DNA of 63,773 nucleotides, the filler included, from Cercozoa sp. M6MM (lineage: Eukaryota > Protista > Endomyxa: Ascetosporea), in NCBI GenBank assembly GCA_040357565.1. It is 12 parts of 12 records of this genome, joined end to end, with 100 filler letters (N's around TTAATTAATTAA, not from the genome) between each part and the next. Parts side by side here need not be neighbours in the genome. Positions count along the whole stretch, not along the records: positions 46,335 to 52,874 come from JBDODJ010000724.1; positions 52,975 to 55,994 come from JBDODJ010001647.1; positions 56,095 to 57,568 come from JBDODJ010002016.1; positions 57,669 to 62,225 come from JBDODJ010001109.1; 8 more parts are not named here. One strand, written 5' to 3'. Shown one piece after another: positions 47,476 to 59,801 of the stretch (positions are counted from its first letter, which is position 1; the number at the start of each line of letters is the position of its first letter). Below the pieces are notes generated by a model. The model was given only the letters and a program-made list of their open reading frames with translations, was not told the origin of the DNA and did not search any database. Made by a program: the position numbers and the translations under genes.

Positions 47476-49045
47476 ATGTGGCCATTTTCGTCTCCTGAGG
47501 AGAAAATCAGCAAGGAACAGCAAAGTCCCACAGTCGAAGTCGAGGTTTGGCGCCTTTTTCCTCTTTTGTCTCGAAATTCGAGTTTGTGGAAGTGCAGGAA
47601 CCACATCCGAGGATAGTCGAGGTGGATGAGCTCGTTGAATCACTTGATCGCATGCGACTCGACCTAATTCGAGCCGTTGAGGTAGGGGACGGTACCTGTA
47701 TCATGTGGGACTATTAATACTGCTCGTGCCTGCAGGACAGCAAGACCCGAAGGTATCGCGGCAGTGTTCGAGTCGCGCGACAGATAACCATGCAACAGAG
47801 GTACATGGCGGCAGTTTTGTTCTGTATGGACACCTATTCGAAGTGCACTGCATGTGTAGTGCCGTCTCAGTCGAAGCAGCGAAAGTTCAAGCCGAGTTTG
47901 TGCGTGTTTTGAGGTATAATAATATTGCTTTGTTTTTTCTGATATGTTTTGAGAAGTTTTGCGTTATAGTGATACATCCGAATTCTCGCCGAAGAGTATC
48001 CAATACCTGAACGCCTCACTGGTGCGTGCTTTGTGTTCTTTGCCGTTCCGCCTTTTTGACTGAACTTTTTGACTGAACTTTTGACTGAACTCAATACCTA
48101 GGGTCGATTCGAACGTATCGTTCGGTCGCTTCGCAACGATTTTGGCGTACGGTACGAAGTCATGCATGCTTCTCTGAATCTGGGTACCATGACGTACACA
48201 AGGGATAAAGAGATGGGTTCTAATTTATGCATTGATTGAGTGACGTAGCCAGCGAAGAGTCGCCGCCTGTCAACAGTCTCGTGCATGCTCTGATGCGGCT
48301 GCGAGTGCAGCAGAACGACGCAACCGATCGAGTCGGAAATGCCACTCAGATTGAGGAAGAAGTGGCTGCTTTGGCCAGTCTGCTGAGGTACTTTTTGCAC
48401 ACATAGTTTTTGAAGGAAATATCTACGGAATACCTTTGCCGTAGGGAAGCACGTGAACTCGTCGAAAGTCAGCAGAGGGATGTGCAGGTACCAAGACAGT
48501 CTACTTCCCGTTCTTCTTGATTCCATTTAATGCTTCTACCTGCGCCATGTGTTTTAGAACCTCAACGAGAATGCGCACAGTATTCGCGAACGAACACTCC
48601 AGGCCGAGCACGAAGTCAATGCGGCCGCGCAACTGCAGGCCAAGGTTCGTGTTGCTCTCATCTTTCCCGAAATGGGATGTTTCAAGTCTTTCTCCTGATA
48701 GGCCATGGTGCCACGTCTCATGGCAGCAGGTGCCTTGTTGGGCGCCCTTGTGGCCGCTCCTGTTGGCGTCGTTGCCCTCGGTCTCGGCATGAAGGCCACT
48801 GTTGTAGCAAGCATATCCTATTTTAACATGAAACGGGTGGGGTTGTTGGGCTTTTCTTACATGATGGATGATACTCACAGGCACTCAGTGGAGCTGCCTC
48901 GGTGGCAGGCAGCGTGGCAGCCAAGAGCGTCGTCTCCCGTCGCAGCCGCAGTCGCAGTCGCAGCGAGCACAGCAGCAATGAATCTCCTGAGGACTCGGAT
49001 GAAGCTGTCGAGTTGATGCAGTCGCACTCCCTGTGCCGACTCTGA
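47476..49045 (+). CDS. Syntaxin-17-like SNARE, 11 exons
   Basis: SNARE heptads QIEEEVAALASLLREARELVESQQRDVQNLNENAHSIRERTLQAEHEVNAAAQLQ, then Gly-rich hairpin AAGALLGALVAAPVGVVALGLGMKATVALSGAASVAG with a central Lys and a cytosolic tail. Confidence 0.75.
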
Positions 49046-49429
49046 CACTGACGCGCCGTCATAATTACAATGTCAAAGAACGCGCGGATTGCTATCCGAT
49101 CGTATGGCTACTGCGCCGACCTACCGTATATAGTGCCGCGACTGTCGTGTTTGTTGGATGATCGATCGGCTGAAATTGGATTTCAGTCCATTCAATTCTG
49201 CGTACTGTCAGTTACGCGCGTTAGCAGTTGTTTATTCTGGGTACGACTGACGGACGGAAGAAATGAAACCGACCGATTTAATTCCCCTCGCCTGTCTCAG
49301 TGTGGACCGTTGCACGGCCGCAGCAACGAACGTGAACGGAATACTGGTACGCCAGCCTAGCTACCTACTGGCTACTGGCTCGGCCATTAATCAAATGCAA
49401 CTCAAACCTACGTAAAGAGAACGCTGAGG

Positions 49430-49858
49430 CTACCGCTGTCGGTGCGAGTCGACGGCACGCCAGGACAGCAACAGGTAGCGAATCTGCTCGAGCAGACAGA
49501 GCGTCAGACCAGCGCCGGGTCCCTGGAAGGCCATGCGCGCCGTGACGCCTTTGAACAGCGCAGCGACTCCCTCCTGCCGCACGATCTCGCTCATGCCGTG
49601 CAGCACGTGCCTGTAGTGGTACCCAAACGGGTTCTCTTCCTGCGGAAGGGGGCATGTCTGACACATCATAGACACTCTGAGGGGCCAGTTACCATCTTCT
49701 GCGCGCGCGCTCGTCGTTGCACCTGGATGCGCAGTTTTGCCATGTCGATTGGGTTGGTCACGGCGCTGGCCAGACAGCCCGAAGCACAGCCACAGACGAA
49801 GTTGACACTGGCCAGTCGCAGACTGCGACACACACGCACACACACGCACACATACACA

Positions 49859-49897
<39 letters not shown>

Positions 49898-50454
49898 ATT
49901 TGTATCAATGCCTCAATTTTATTTATACTTCTATATATATATATATATCATAGGTACGTGCGCCTGTATACATATAGACATATATGCATATATAGACATA
50001 TAAATAGATACACATATAGTAGTAAAAGCAACCTGTCCTTGCCAAAGAAGCGTTCGCACAGCAGCTTGCTCTGCTCGTAGAAGCTCAGGTAGCACGCCGA
50101 GAAGGGTCCGAAACTCGCCACCGTGGCTCCTACTCAATACCGGCATAGAGGAGAATAAGGGAAGGGGGCAGAGTACCATAGCCGCGGTAGATGCCGCGGA
50201 GACCCTCGATTCGCGCGACCTGTCGCAGCGCGTCCCAGCTGCCGCCGTAGTGCATGTGCGCCGGCAGTTTCCGCACCGATCGCTGCGTCTGCAGGCGCTC
50301 CTTGATCACATCGATCGGCACCCAGAACACACAGGACACTGAACACATCAATATATATACATACCAGTACACATCTTTCAGTCTTTATACAATCAGTTCA
50401 CAGTGCATTACAATATACATATATATTTTTAAACGCTCATTAACTGTACATATG

Positions 50455-50486
<32 letters not shown>

Positions 50487-50661
50487 CAACCCACCAGCCT
50501 CGGCAGCCAGGCCACTGGCAAAGTGCTGCGCGAAGGTAGGCACGCCGGCCGACGACAACGGTGCCAGCACGCGCTTGGACACCTCGTAGGCACTGAAGTA
50601 TAGGCAGGCAGCTGCACACACACACACACACACACACACAGACGTACTTACATACACACAT

Positions 50662-50698
<37 letters not shown>

Positions 50699-51191
50699 CT
50701 AGTACCCGGGGCAGAGCCGAGTGCGGTGATGCCAATGCCGGAGAAGAGACCACGCACACCCTCGACACGCAGCGTCGTGGCCAGCACGTCGGCGAAACCG
50801 GCATAGTTGCGCGCTGGCAGACTCTCGCCCATCCCTAAACAACAGGGTGCAAACTGACATTATGACAGGTACAAGAGCAGGAGAAGTACCCCTCCACAGA
50901 GTCGAAGGTTGGCGCAACTGTGACCTGATCTGCTGCACACTCTGCCGTAGCGGTATCTTACTTGCTTCGCCCTCGGCCAGCTGCACCTGCATCTTGGCCT
51001 TGATCTACGCACATCAGAACAAATATAGACTTAATTTATATGACCACACAGACTTCATTTATATGTACACACTGTACCGTATCGAGCGGGTGCAGCGGCA
51101 GTCGCGCCAGCAGTCCGGCGGCCGCGCTACTCAGCATCGTGGCGACCAGGGGCACCTCATTGGTGCCAGAATCATCTGAACCTGCTCCCAT
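49430..51191 (-). CDS. Mitochondrial carrier family (SLC25) protein
   Basis: Three signature motifs HPLDTIKAKMQ, VPIDVIKERLQ, NPIDMAKLRIQ with EGVRGLFSG, EGLRGIYRG, EGVAALFKG. Confidence 0.96.
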
Positions 51192-51372
51192 TCGCGCAGC
51201 TAGCTGACCAGTGCACTGGCGTGCGTGCTAGTCTAAAAATCGAATAGCACGACGCGAATGACAAACTAGTGCAGTCTGAGCCCAGCAGCGTGATCTTTAT
51301 TTTTGCCCAATGGCAACGCGACCAGATTAAAAAACACACACACACACGCACTGGATGTCCTGTATCGTAAAA

Positions 51373-52858
51373 TTAGAAGGTGAAGGCGGCTGTGTCCACA
51401 ACGCGCACCACGGTGGTGGAGGTGTGCAGTGTGCGCAGCAGTGTCTGCACATAATCACAGGTTGTTGGGACCGAGAGGGGAGTGGGGGAGGGGGGGGGGG
51501 GGGGCATACCTGCTGCATCTCGTCGGACAGGTCGTCGCGCAGCATGATGGCAGTGCGTGCCACTCGCAGTGCCAGTTCGGGTGTCCACCAGCAGGGTGAC
51601 ATGCTGCCGGTGTTGTTGTTGTTGGTGCCGACGGACAGGAAGTGCGACGCGAAGAGCTGCACGTGCGAGTGCGGCGACTTGGCCTGCAGCAGCGTCGCCG
51701 CCGACAGCAGCATGTCGAAGCCCTTGCTCTGCAGCATCGAGAGCCACTCGTCCTGCATGTCTGTTCAACACACGTCAGGTAGTACAGTGCAGACAGTACA
51801 GGTAGTATACCGACAGTACACAGGTAGTATACCGACAGTACACAGGTAGTACAGTACACAGGTAGTACAGTACACAGGTAGTACAGTACACAGATAGTAC
51901 AGCATAGACAGATGGTACAGACAGACCGTACAGACAGACTGTACAGACAGACAGTACGTACCAAAGACAGGCTCATCGGCCGAGGCATCGTCGCCAAAGC
52001 TGAGGCAGCGGCGGCAGTAGTCGCCGAGTGCGGCACAGTGCCGCCGCAGCAGCTCGCTCACCACGACGCAGTGCCGCGGAATGCCCTTGCTGGCTACAAA
52101 CACAGCCACCAATCAACGCAGCTTTAATTAAACTGCACTTATATACCATACCAACATCATATATATATATATATACAAGTATATAATATCTATAAACATA
52201 GATATATATATATATATATACAGATATGTAATAGAAAAAATAGATAGTAGAAATACCGTAGCCTTAAGAAATACACTCACAGCATCCTTAATCTAAACAC
52301 TCCTTTAAACAAATTGTGTACCACCCGGAAACTGTTGTCGGAGCGCCTGTGCCACGCGACCCTTGCCGTCGATCGAGCGCAGAAAATCCGCGCTCAGAAA
52401 GTCGCTCGATGTTGGCTACAGACGGGAGGGAGGGGGGTAAAAGGGGTAAAAGGGGTAAAAATGGGTACAAAGGGGCAAAGAGGGCTTCAAAAGGGAGGTA
52501 AAGAGGGGGTAAATAGGGGGGTAAATAGGGGTGTTAAAAGGGAGGTAAATAGGAGGGTAAATAGGGAGTGAAGAGGGTGCTAAAAGGGAGGTAAATAGGA
52601 GGGTAAATAGGGAGTGAAGAGGGAGGGAAAAGGGAGTAAATAGGGCGTAAAAAGGGAGGTAAATAGGGGGTAGATAGGGGGTAAGGAGGGAGGAAAAAGG
52701 GGGTAAATAGGGTGTAGAGAGGAGGGTAAAGAGGGGGTGAAAACCGGGTACACTTGAGGCACGCGCACGCAGTTTGGCGAAGCGTCGCGGCGACGTAACT
52801 GACTCAGTCGCCAACGACTCCGCCAACACTGCCTCCGACACACGACTCGACCGCTCTG
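51373..52858 (-). CDS. 3' part of a hypothetical helical protein
   Basis: GC-rich exons (DMQDEWLSMLQSKGFDMLLSAATLLQAK..) separated by repeat-filled GT-AG introns. Confidence 0.6.
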
Positions 52859-53020
52859 GGGGGGGGGGGGGGGGNNNNNNNNNNNNNNNNNNNNNNNNNN
52901 NNNNNNNNNNNNNNNNNNTTAATTAATTAANNNNNNNNNNNNNNNNNNNNNNNNNNNNNNNNNNNNNNNNNNNNCCCCCCCCCCCCCTGTTTCCCCCGTT
53001 AATTTCCTTGGATTGGATAG

Positions 53021-53652
53021 CAATTGGAGCCGAAGATTCCACAACGTCTGCACGCGTTGCGACTGTTTGCATCGGCTGGCAGGGTATCCGCGCGTATGAG
53101 TGACCACATGCACTGAGTGACCACTGGCTGAGTGACCATCAACACTGAGCGATCACACACGTGTTTCTGTCCAGGTGCGACTGAAGCGCTACCACTACGC
53201 CGACGCCTACGAGGTTTGTGTCTCGGGGAGTGGGGGGGGGGTTAAAGGGGATAAAAGGAGGGGTATGAGGGAGAAGGGGGGTAAAGAGGGGGGTAAGACT
53301 CTAACTCGCGAGCAGATGCACGTGGGCACACTGATCGTCGGCGACGACAACACGCTGGGTCGCGCACGTGACGTACGCACCGTCTCTGTCCAGTCATGAT
53401 GTGACTGATCACTGACATCACTCAGTCACGTGATCGATCATCCAGTCAGTCAGTCGGACTGACACGTGTGTGTGCGCAGGGTACCAAGCAGTCGATGACG
53501 GTGTCGACAGAGTGCTCGCAGTACTACTCGCACCAGCCAGGTACACTTGGACCTGTACACTTGGACCTGTACACTTGGACCTGTACACTTGGACTGTACA
53601 CTTGGACTGTCCATTTGGACTGTACACTTGGACTCGAGTACAGGCTCGGAAC
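53021..53652 (+). CDS. 3' fragment of a hypothetical gene
   Basis: Exons bounded by AG/GT, e.g. VRLKRYHYADAYE|MHVGTLIVGDDNTLGRARD|GTKQSMTVSTECSQYYSHQP; end uncertain. Confidence 0.5.
53541..53634 (+). repeat. Intronic tandem array GTACACTTGGAC(C)T x7
   Basis: 3 x 14 bp plus 4 x 13 bp; the first unit starts at the donor GT. Confidence 0.93.
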
Positions 53653-54280
53653 TGAACTTCACGGGATAAAAATGATTTTAAAAAAACTGAAAAACTGAAC
53701 AGGGAACCGGATTCAAATGGCAAAAGAGGGCAAATGGGGTAAGAGCGTAAAGTGACTGCAATACGGCAAATGAACGATCGTGTCCTGCTCCAAGAAACAG
53801 CATTGTTAGTTTTTTTCTGTATTCGTCTGTCCACCCAACTCCGAAATGAAGAGTCACACCAACTGATCCGCAAGTCGACGTTTCGCCCAATCTGACGCTA
53901 CCGTTGGGTGTTGCACTATACCAGAATGGCACAAACTGAGCTCAACAACGCCAGAAACTCAACTGCTTTGTACCTGACACAACCAACGGCAACTCGACTG
54001 AAAAAAGCAAACTTTACACTCTTAGTTTTGCAGCAAATAAACGCCCAAACTACGCAAGATCGAGCACGTGCGTGCTGTTTCCAGTGTTTCTCCGCTTAGC
54101 TCCACCATCTGCACCCATCGCTCGCCTGCGAAACTGACCAGGCGAGCCAGTTTTTAGTTGTCGGCTGTCTAATAGTCGTCCATTTGTCCTTTATCGCCAC
54201 AATTTAAAAAGCCTAAAACCACGCCACACAGAGCGCCGGCCCGCTTCATTGCACTGTAGTTAGTGCATCCGTGCCTCACA

Positions 54281-55834
54281 ATGGGACGCAAGGTGCGTTT
54301 GTCTCTAAAATGAAAATCACAATGATCCGTGGGGGCGCACGTAACCCGAGCGTGTATATTCGTGTGTTGGCAGAAACAAAAGAAGAGTGAGGTAACGGCG
54401 CACCTGAAGGCCATGCGCGCGCGCGAGTCGCGCAAGGTTGCACAGAAGCAGCGCGAGGCGGCCCAGCAGGAACCCGAGGAGATTCCGCAGGTAGGGCAGC
54501 CTCGTACGCCCCTTACAGTGTTTGTACCACACACTACTTGTGTAGACGAATATTTCGCGGCGTGCCAAGAAAAAACTGGCGCAAATCGCGGCGAAAAAAG
54601 AGGCGCAGAAGCGACGTAACGAGGTACTTTTATTATCCTTTTTTCTTTCAACCTTCGTTTAAGGGGCGTTTTTGACAGATTTATGAGCAACTGCGTCAAC
54701 ACCAAGCCACAGCTGAAGAGTTGAAACTCATGCACGTATCGTCGCCTTTAATTCTGCCCCTTTACTCTTGTACCCTTAATCAATGTGCCTCTTTAATAGT
54801 CGGCCACGCATGTGTCGAAAAAGGCCACTAAGCGCGAGCAGTTGCGGCGTGACATGCTGCACCACAAAAAGGTGCCTCATTTTCCTCCTTTCCTATGCCC
54901 CTCTCCTTACCCCCCCCCCGTAGGGCATCCTGGACGAAGATGGCGAGAAACGGCTTTTCACGGAGCGAAAGCTGAAATCGCCAGAGCCGGAACAGAACTC
55001 AACTGAGCCGGAAAGAACCGAGCCGGAAGTGACTACAACTGAGCCATCCTATGAGTACACGGGCGGACGCGTTCTCGGTGTTCGCAAGCGTCGCAGGCGT
55101 ACTCTTAACTGTTCCTGTATTGTTTGCATTTTCTGTATTGTGACGACGGTTTCGCAGGCAAAGTGGTCACCCTGTCCGACGTGGTCAGCAACACCGACGT
55201 CGACAACCTGCTTGTACCGTCTGTTTGGACTGTCCAAATGTAGCCAGTGTATTCCAATGATGCAGGATGACGTTGAAAACGCGGACACCAATGAAAAGGT
55301 CGTTGTTGCCGAGGATGATCGCAGTGACGGTGCCACCGATCAGAGTGATCGCACCACTGATGTCATGCGTGACGGTGACTCTGACGGTGACGCTGACGGT
55401 GACTCTGACAGCGAGGAAGAAACGCAGCGCGTGGTACCGTTTGTGTGTGTCTTTCTGCAGGTTGGGAAAGTCTATTAAATATTGCTCTTTTTTGTAGCCG
55501 CGGTACATTGTGCGACTGCGTCGTAGCCAGGAGTACCTTTCCTATTTTCCCTATTCTCCCTCCCGTGACTTCCATTTCCCCTATTCTCCCTCGCAGGATC
55601 CAAGACACACGAGCAGAGTTGCCGGTGGTTGCTGAGGAGGTATCTGAGTCTGTCCCGCCTGAGCTACCCTCCACACACACCCTTGCGTACAGAGCAGGAT
55701 CGTTTCGGCCATCCGGGAGAACTTGGTCACGGTGGTGTGCGGTGCCACCGGTTCCGGCAAGACGACGCAGGTGCCGCAGTTCCTCTACGAGCACGGCTTT
55801 GCGCATGGTCAGGTCGGACGACACTACGCCGACG
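54281..55834 (+). CDS. DHX37: DEAH-box RNA helicase DHX37/Dhr1, 5' part
   Basis: Basic and acidic N-terminus, then [50 protein letters not shown]. Confidence 0.9.
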
Positions 55835-55861
55835 GTCGCGTGCCGGTGTCGCCCCTGTTCC

Positions 55862-55978
55862 TTTTACCCCTTACCCCCTACCCCTTACCCCCTTACCCCC
55901 TAACCCCTACCCCTTACCCCTTACCCCTTACCCCCTAACCCCTACCCCTTACCCTCTTTCCCTATCCACTTCCCCTTA
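55862..55978 (+). repeat. Telomere-like TTACCCC/TAACCCC/TACCCC intronic array
   Basis: About 15 units; similar arrays at 56429-56560 and 60893-60955. Confidence 0.9.
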
Positions 55979-56144
55979 TGATCTATGTCGACACNNNNNN
56001 NNNNNNNNNNNNNNNNNNNNNNNNNNNNNNNNNNNNNNTTAATTAATTAANNNNNNNNNNNNNNNNNNNNNNNNNNNNNNNNNNNNNNNNNNNNTACTTC
56101 CTTACCCATTTTACCCCCCTATCTTTTTACCCCCCTCCCGTCAG

Positions 56145-57554
56145 GCTGCTCGTGAGGCTGCTCGTCAGGCCAATGTTGCTTCTCAGGTAGTTTTTTACCC
56201 CCTATCCCTTTCCCTTTACCCCCTATCCTTTCCCTTTACCCCCTCCCCCCGAGTAGGCGCAGACGGCGCACGAGGTGCTGCAGCAGACGGTGCAGAAGCG
56301 ACTGTCGCATTGCGAGCACCAGAACCAGACGCTGTTCCACGACCCGGTGCCCAAGGCGGCCGACCTGGAGGACGTGCTGTCAACACATCGTACCACTGTC
56401 AAGGACGACCTGCCTTTCGAGCTGCCTGTAGGCTTACCCCCTACCCCTACCCTACCCCTTACTTTACCTCCCTTAACCATCTACCCCTTAACCCTCTACC
56501 CCTTAACCCTCTACCCCTTAGCCCTCTACCCCTTAACCCCTACCCCTACCCCTTAACCCCGCCAGGCGATGACGGAGGACCCGTTCGCGCGACTGGTGCC
56601 GCCGGCGGTGCGCGCGCACGCTCGTCGTCTCGTTGAGCAGGTAGACGAACGGTGCGTTTCTCCCACGTGGTCACTCTGACTGACTGACTGACTGACTGAC
56701 TGGGTGACTGGGGGTGTCTGTGACTCAGAGTGCGCGACGCCCGCGCGGAAGCCGACGCTGCGCAGGACCAGTGGCGGCAGTTCCTGTGAGCTTTACCCCC
56801 CCCCCCCCACTTTACTCCCTTACCCCTTACCCCCCGGGCAGGACGGAACAAGACTTGCCGTCGAGTCTGCTGGCAGTGCTGAGCGGCGAGAAACGCGATG
56901 CGTCGGATCAGGAGGTTTGTACCCCTGTCCTGTCCGTGTGTCTGTGTCCATTTGTACCGTACCTTATGTGTGTGTCCATTTGGACAGGACACGGTGCCCA
57001 AGGATCTGTGGCAGCAGCTCGAAAAATTGCGACAGCAGGGCGGTGTGCAGAACGTCCTGTCGCTGGTTTTACCCCCCTGTTTACCCCCCCTGTTTACCCC
57101 CCTGTTACCCCCCTGTTTACCCCTTCCCAGGTGGACAAGGTGGGCCAACTGGTACGTCAAACGAGCACGTCGATCGAGACGGCTCGCGGCATGCTGGACG
57201 ACGAGGTCACTCCCTTACCCCCCTCTTTACCCCCCTCCCCTACCCCTCTCCTCCTGTCGCAGGCACGTGCGGACGCAGCGATGCGGTCGCAGTTCGGCGC
57301 GCGTTGGGATGCAGGTATTATATATATGTATATGTATATGTGTATATGTTATATGTATATGTATATATATATATATTTGTGTGTATTTATGTATGTACCG
57401 TCCATATGTACCGTCCATATGTACCGTCCATATGTGTCCAGTGCCGAGTTCGGACCTGCCGCAGCGACGTGACTACCTGACGCAGTTGAACTCGCTGCAC
57501 GAGTCTGTCAACGATGCCTTCCTCACCAAGGAGGCCGTCGGCTCCGATCAGCAG
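56145..57554 (+). CDS. ALIX/BRO1-family protein (end of Bro1 domain plus V domain), fragment
   Basis: EHQNQTLFHDPVP, DPFARLVPPAV, DLPSSL, VPKDLWQ..QQGG, MLDDEARADAAMRSQFGARW..PSS. Confidence 0.9.
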
Positions 57555-57686
57555 GTTTACCCCCCCCCNNNNNNNNNNNNNNNNNNNNNNNNNNNNNNNN
57601 NNNNNNNNNNNNTTAATTAATTAANNNNNNNNNNNNNNNNNNNNNNNNNNNNNNNNNNNNNNNNNNNNGGGGGGGGGGTAAAGCAC

Positions 57687-59530
57687 CTCAATCTGCCGGC
57701 GGCGCTCGAGCTCGTCGCGCGCGGCCTCCTCGACAGCATACATCGCCTGCGCCAACTGGCCGTGCCGATCGTTCATCGAGTGGTCCACCAGGTGCGCACC
57801 TTTAATCACACACAACGGTCCAGATGTACCCCGTCCATTTGTACCACTTGTACCACACACGAGAATAAAAAAATACCATCCGAGATGAGTCGCTTGTCCA
57901 GCGAGATCATGTGACCGCGGTTGTTCTTCCTGTTGCCAAACGCAGCCTTAATTGACACCCCCACACACACATCGGTCGGTCCAAATGGACCGAGAGTCAG
58001 CTCGCGTACCACTTCGAGATGCAGGGCGGAATGCGCCAGTTCTCCATGTCCTCCTTGGTCAGCTTGCGCGCCGGCGAGCGCAGCACTGGCACCTGGGGAG
58101 GGGGGAGGGGGGTATTGGGGGGAGGGGCATGGGGGAGGGGTATGGGGGGAGGGTAGGGGGGGTATAAGGGTGTACCGGCGGCGACGCCGGCTGCTGCGGC
58201 AGCTTGTTGTGCTTGAAGCGCGACGGTTCCTGTGCACAGTGTCTCACGTGAGTCACCGGCCTACCTACTGCCTGGAGACACTGCAGCAGCCAAGCAGGAC
58301 TACCATGGGATCGCGCTGCAGTTCCTGCACTTGCACCACGCGCGTCTGTGCGTCACTGCGACACCAGGGGTAAGGGGGGGGTAAGGGTAGGGGGGTAAAG
58401 GCGCGCCAGTACTTGCCGAGACGACTGTGCGGCGTGTAGCGCAGAAACTCCGACTGCAGCTGCGCACGTGTCAAACAGTACCAGTTCCAGTACCATATAA
58501 ACAGTACCAGTACCACATATTGGGTCAGAGTGAACAAACCTGTCCGTTGGCAGCTGACGTGTCATACACGCGTTCGCGCGGATCGGCAGCGGCGCGTTTC
58601 TTGGACAGTGCCTGCTCGAGTGCCTTGCGCGTGGCCTCCACCGTCTCCTTCTCCTTGTCGTCGGCTAAGCACACAGTCAGTTTTACCCCCCCCCTTTACC
58701 CCCCCCCAAGACAGGCTACCAGGCCGAACGAGCGACTCGCGATCGACGCGTTTCTCCACCATGTCCTCGTAGCGCGTGTAGGCCACCTGTACACAGACCA
58801 GAGTCCAATTGGACCTTGACATGTGGCCCCTTAAATAGGCTACAGTAGCCAACATTGGCTCCCTTAAACATACCTGATCGGGACGCATGCGCTGACGCAC
58901 AATGGCGCTGGACAGGTCGGCCTCACCGACCTCAGTGCCCGACGACGTCGACGACACCACCAGCGCGTTCGACGTGCCTGTCTTGCGCGCCGACTTGCGA
59001 CCCATTCCGCGCGGATACTACGCGTATGCACAAATACCAGAAATGTACCCGAGTGACCCAAGTGACCCTTGACCCAAGTGAGAGTACCTGACGGAAGTGC
59101 AGCTCTGGGAAGGCGCCGCCGTTGCCGAAATCGGCCGGTCGAATCGGACGGAAGCCCTTGCGACGGCTACACAAGTACACTCGTCTCTGGCTACACAAAT
59201 CAATAGGCTAAGGCTGCTGTTACCCATAGGACGGAATACGCTTGGCCTGCACCGGCTTCACCTCCTCGACACCGGCACGAGCTGGTTCAACAAACACTCC
59301 CTTAACCACTCACACCACACTCACTCGGAGACACTGGAGCAGCTACCTCCGCCGCCAAGAACGGCGTAGTCGTGCTTCGGCTTTGGCAAGATTCTGCACA
59401 GCAAAAACAAGCGCGATTTTTGAGGCTGTTTGGCGACAAATGTCAACAACAAACAAACAAACAAAAAAAAACCACATCAAAAAATCACTCGCCCTCACAA
59501 ACAACGAGCCTACGCGTTAAGGGAAGCCAT
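57687..59530 (-). CDS. SNW1: SNW1/SKIP/Prp45 spliceosomal protein, 5' part
   Basis: MASLNAILPKPKH, IPSYGSRRKGFRP, DFGNGGAFPELHFRQYPRGMG, FLRYTP, DPMEPSRFK, SPPVPVLRSPARK, WRIPPCISKWKNNRGHMISLDKRL. Confidence 0.96.
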
Positions 59531-59801
59531 CGTGAGCTAACGCTAAGCCACAGCCAACAAACGACACACACCGGAGTGTTATGAACACGTTCACCCCCCG
59601 TCCAGGGAAGCTACAATAGCCAGTGTATTTTTGGACCGTCCGTTTATACTGGCTTGTTCCCGACTGGACACGTGACAATCACCAGGCTGCAGGTCCGCGT
59701 TGACGGCATCCAGTGTATTGAAAGGGTGCTTGAGATCGAGATCTTGGGCCTCGGACGGTCGTAGGCATCTCTAGCGCGAGAGAGCGAGAAAATCTTGTCC
59801 C

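Noticed and set aside
55862-55994. True chromosome telomere
   Set aside because: The array is degenerate and follows a splice donor inside DHX37. Contigs simply break at such introns.
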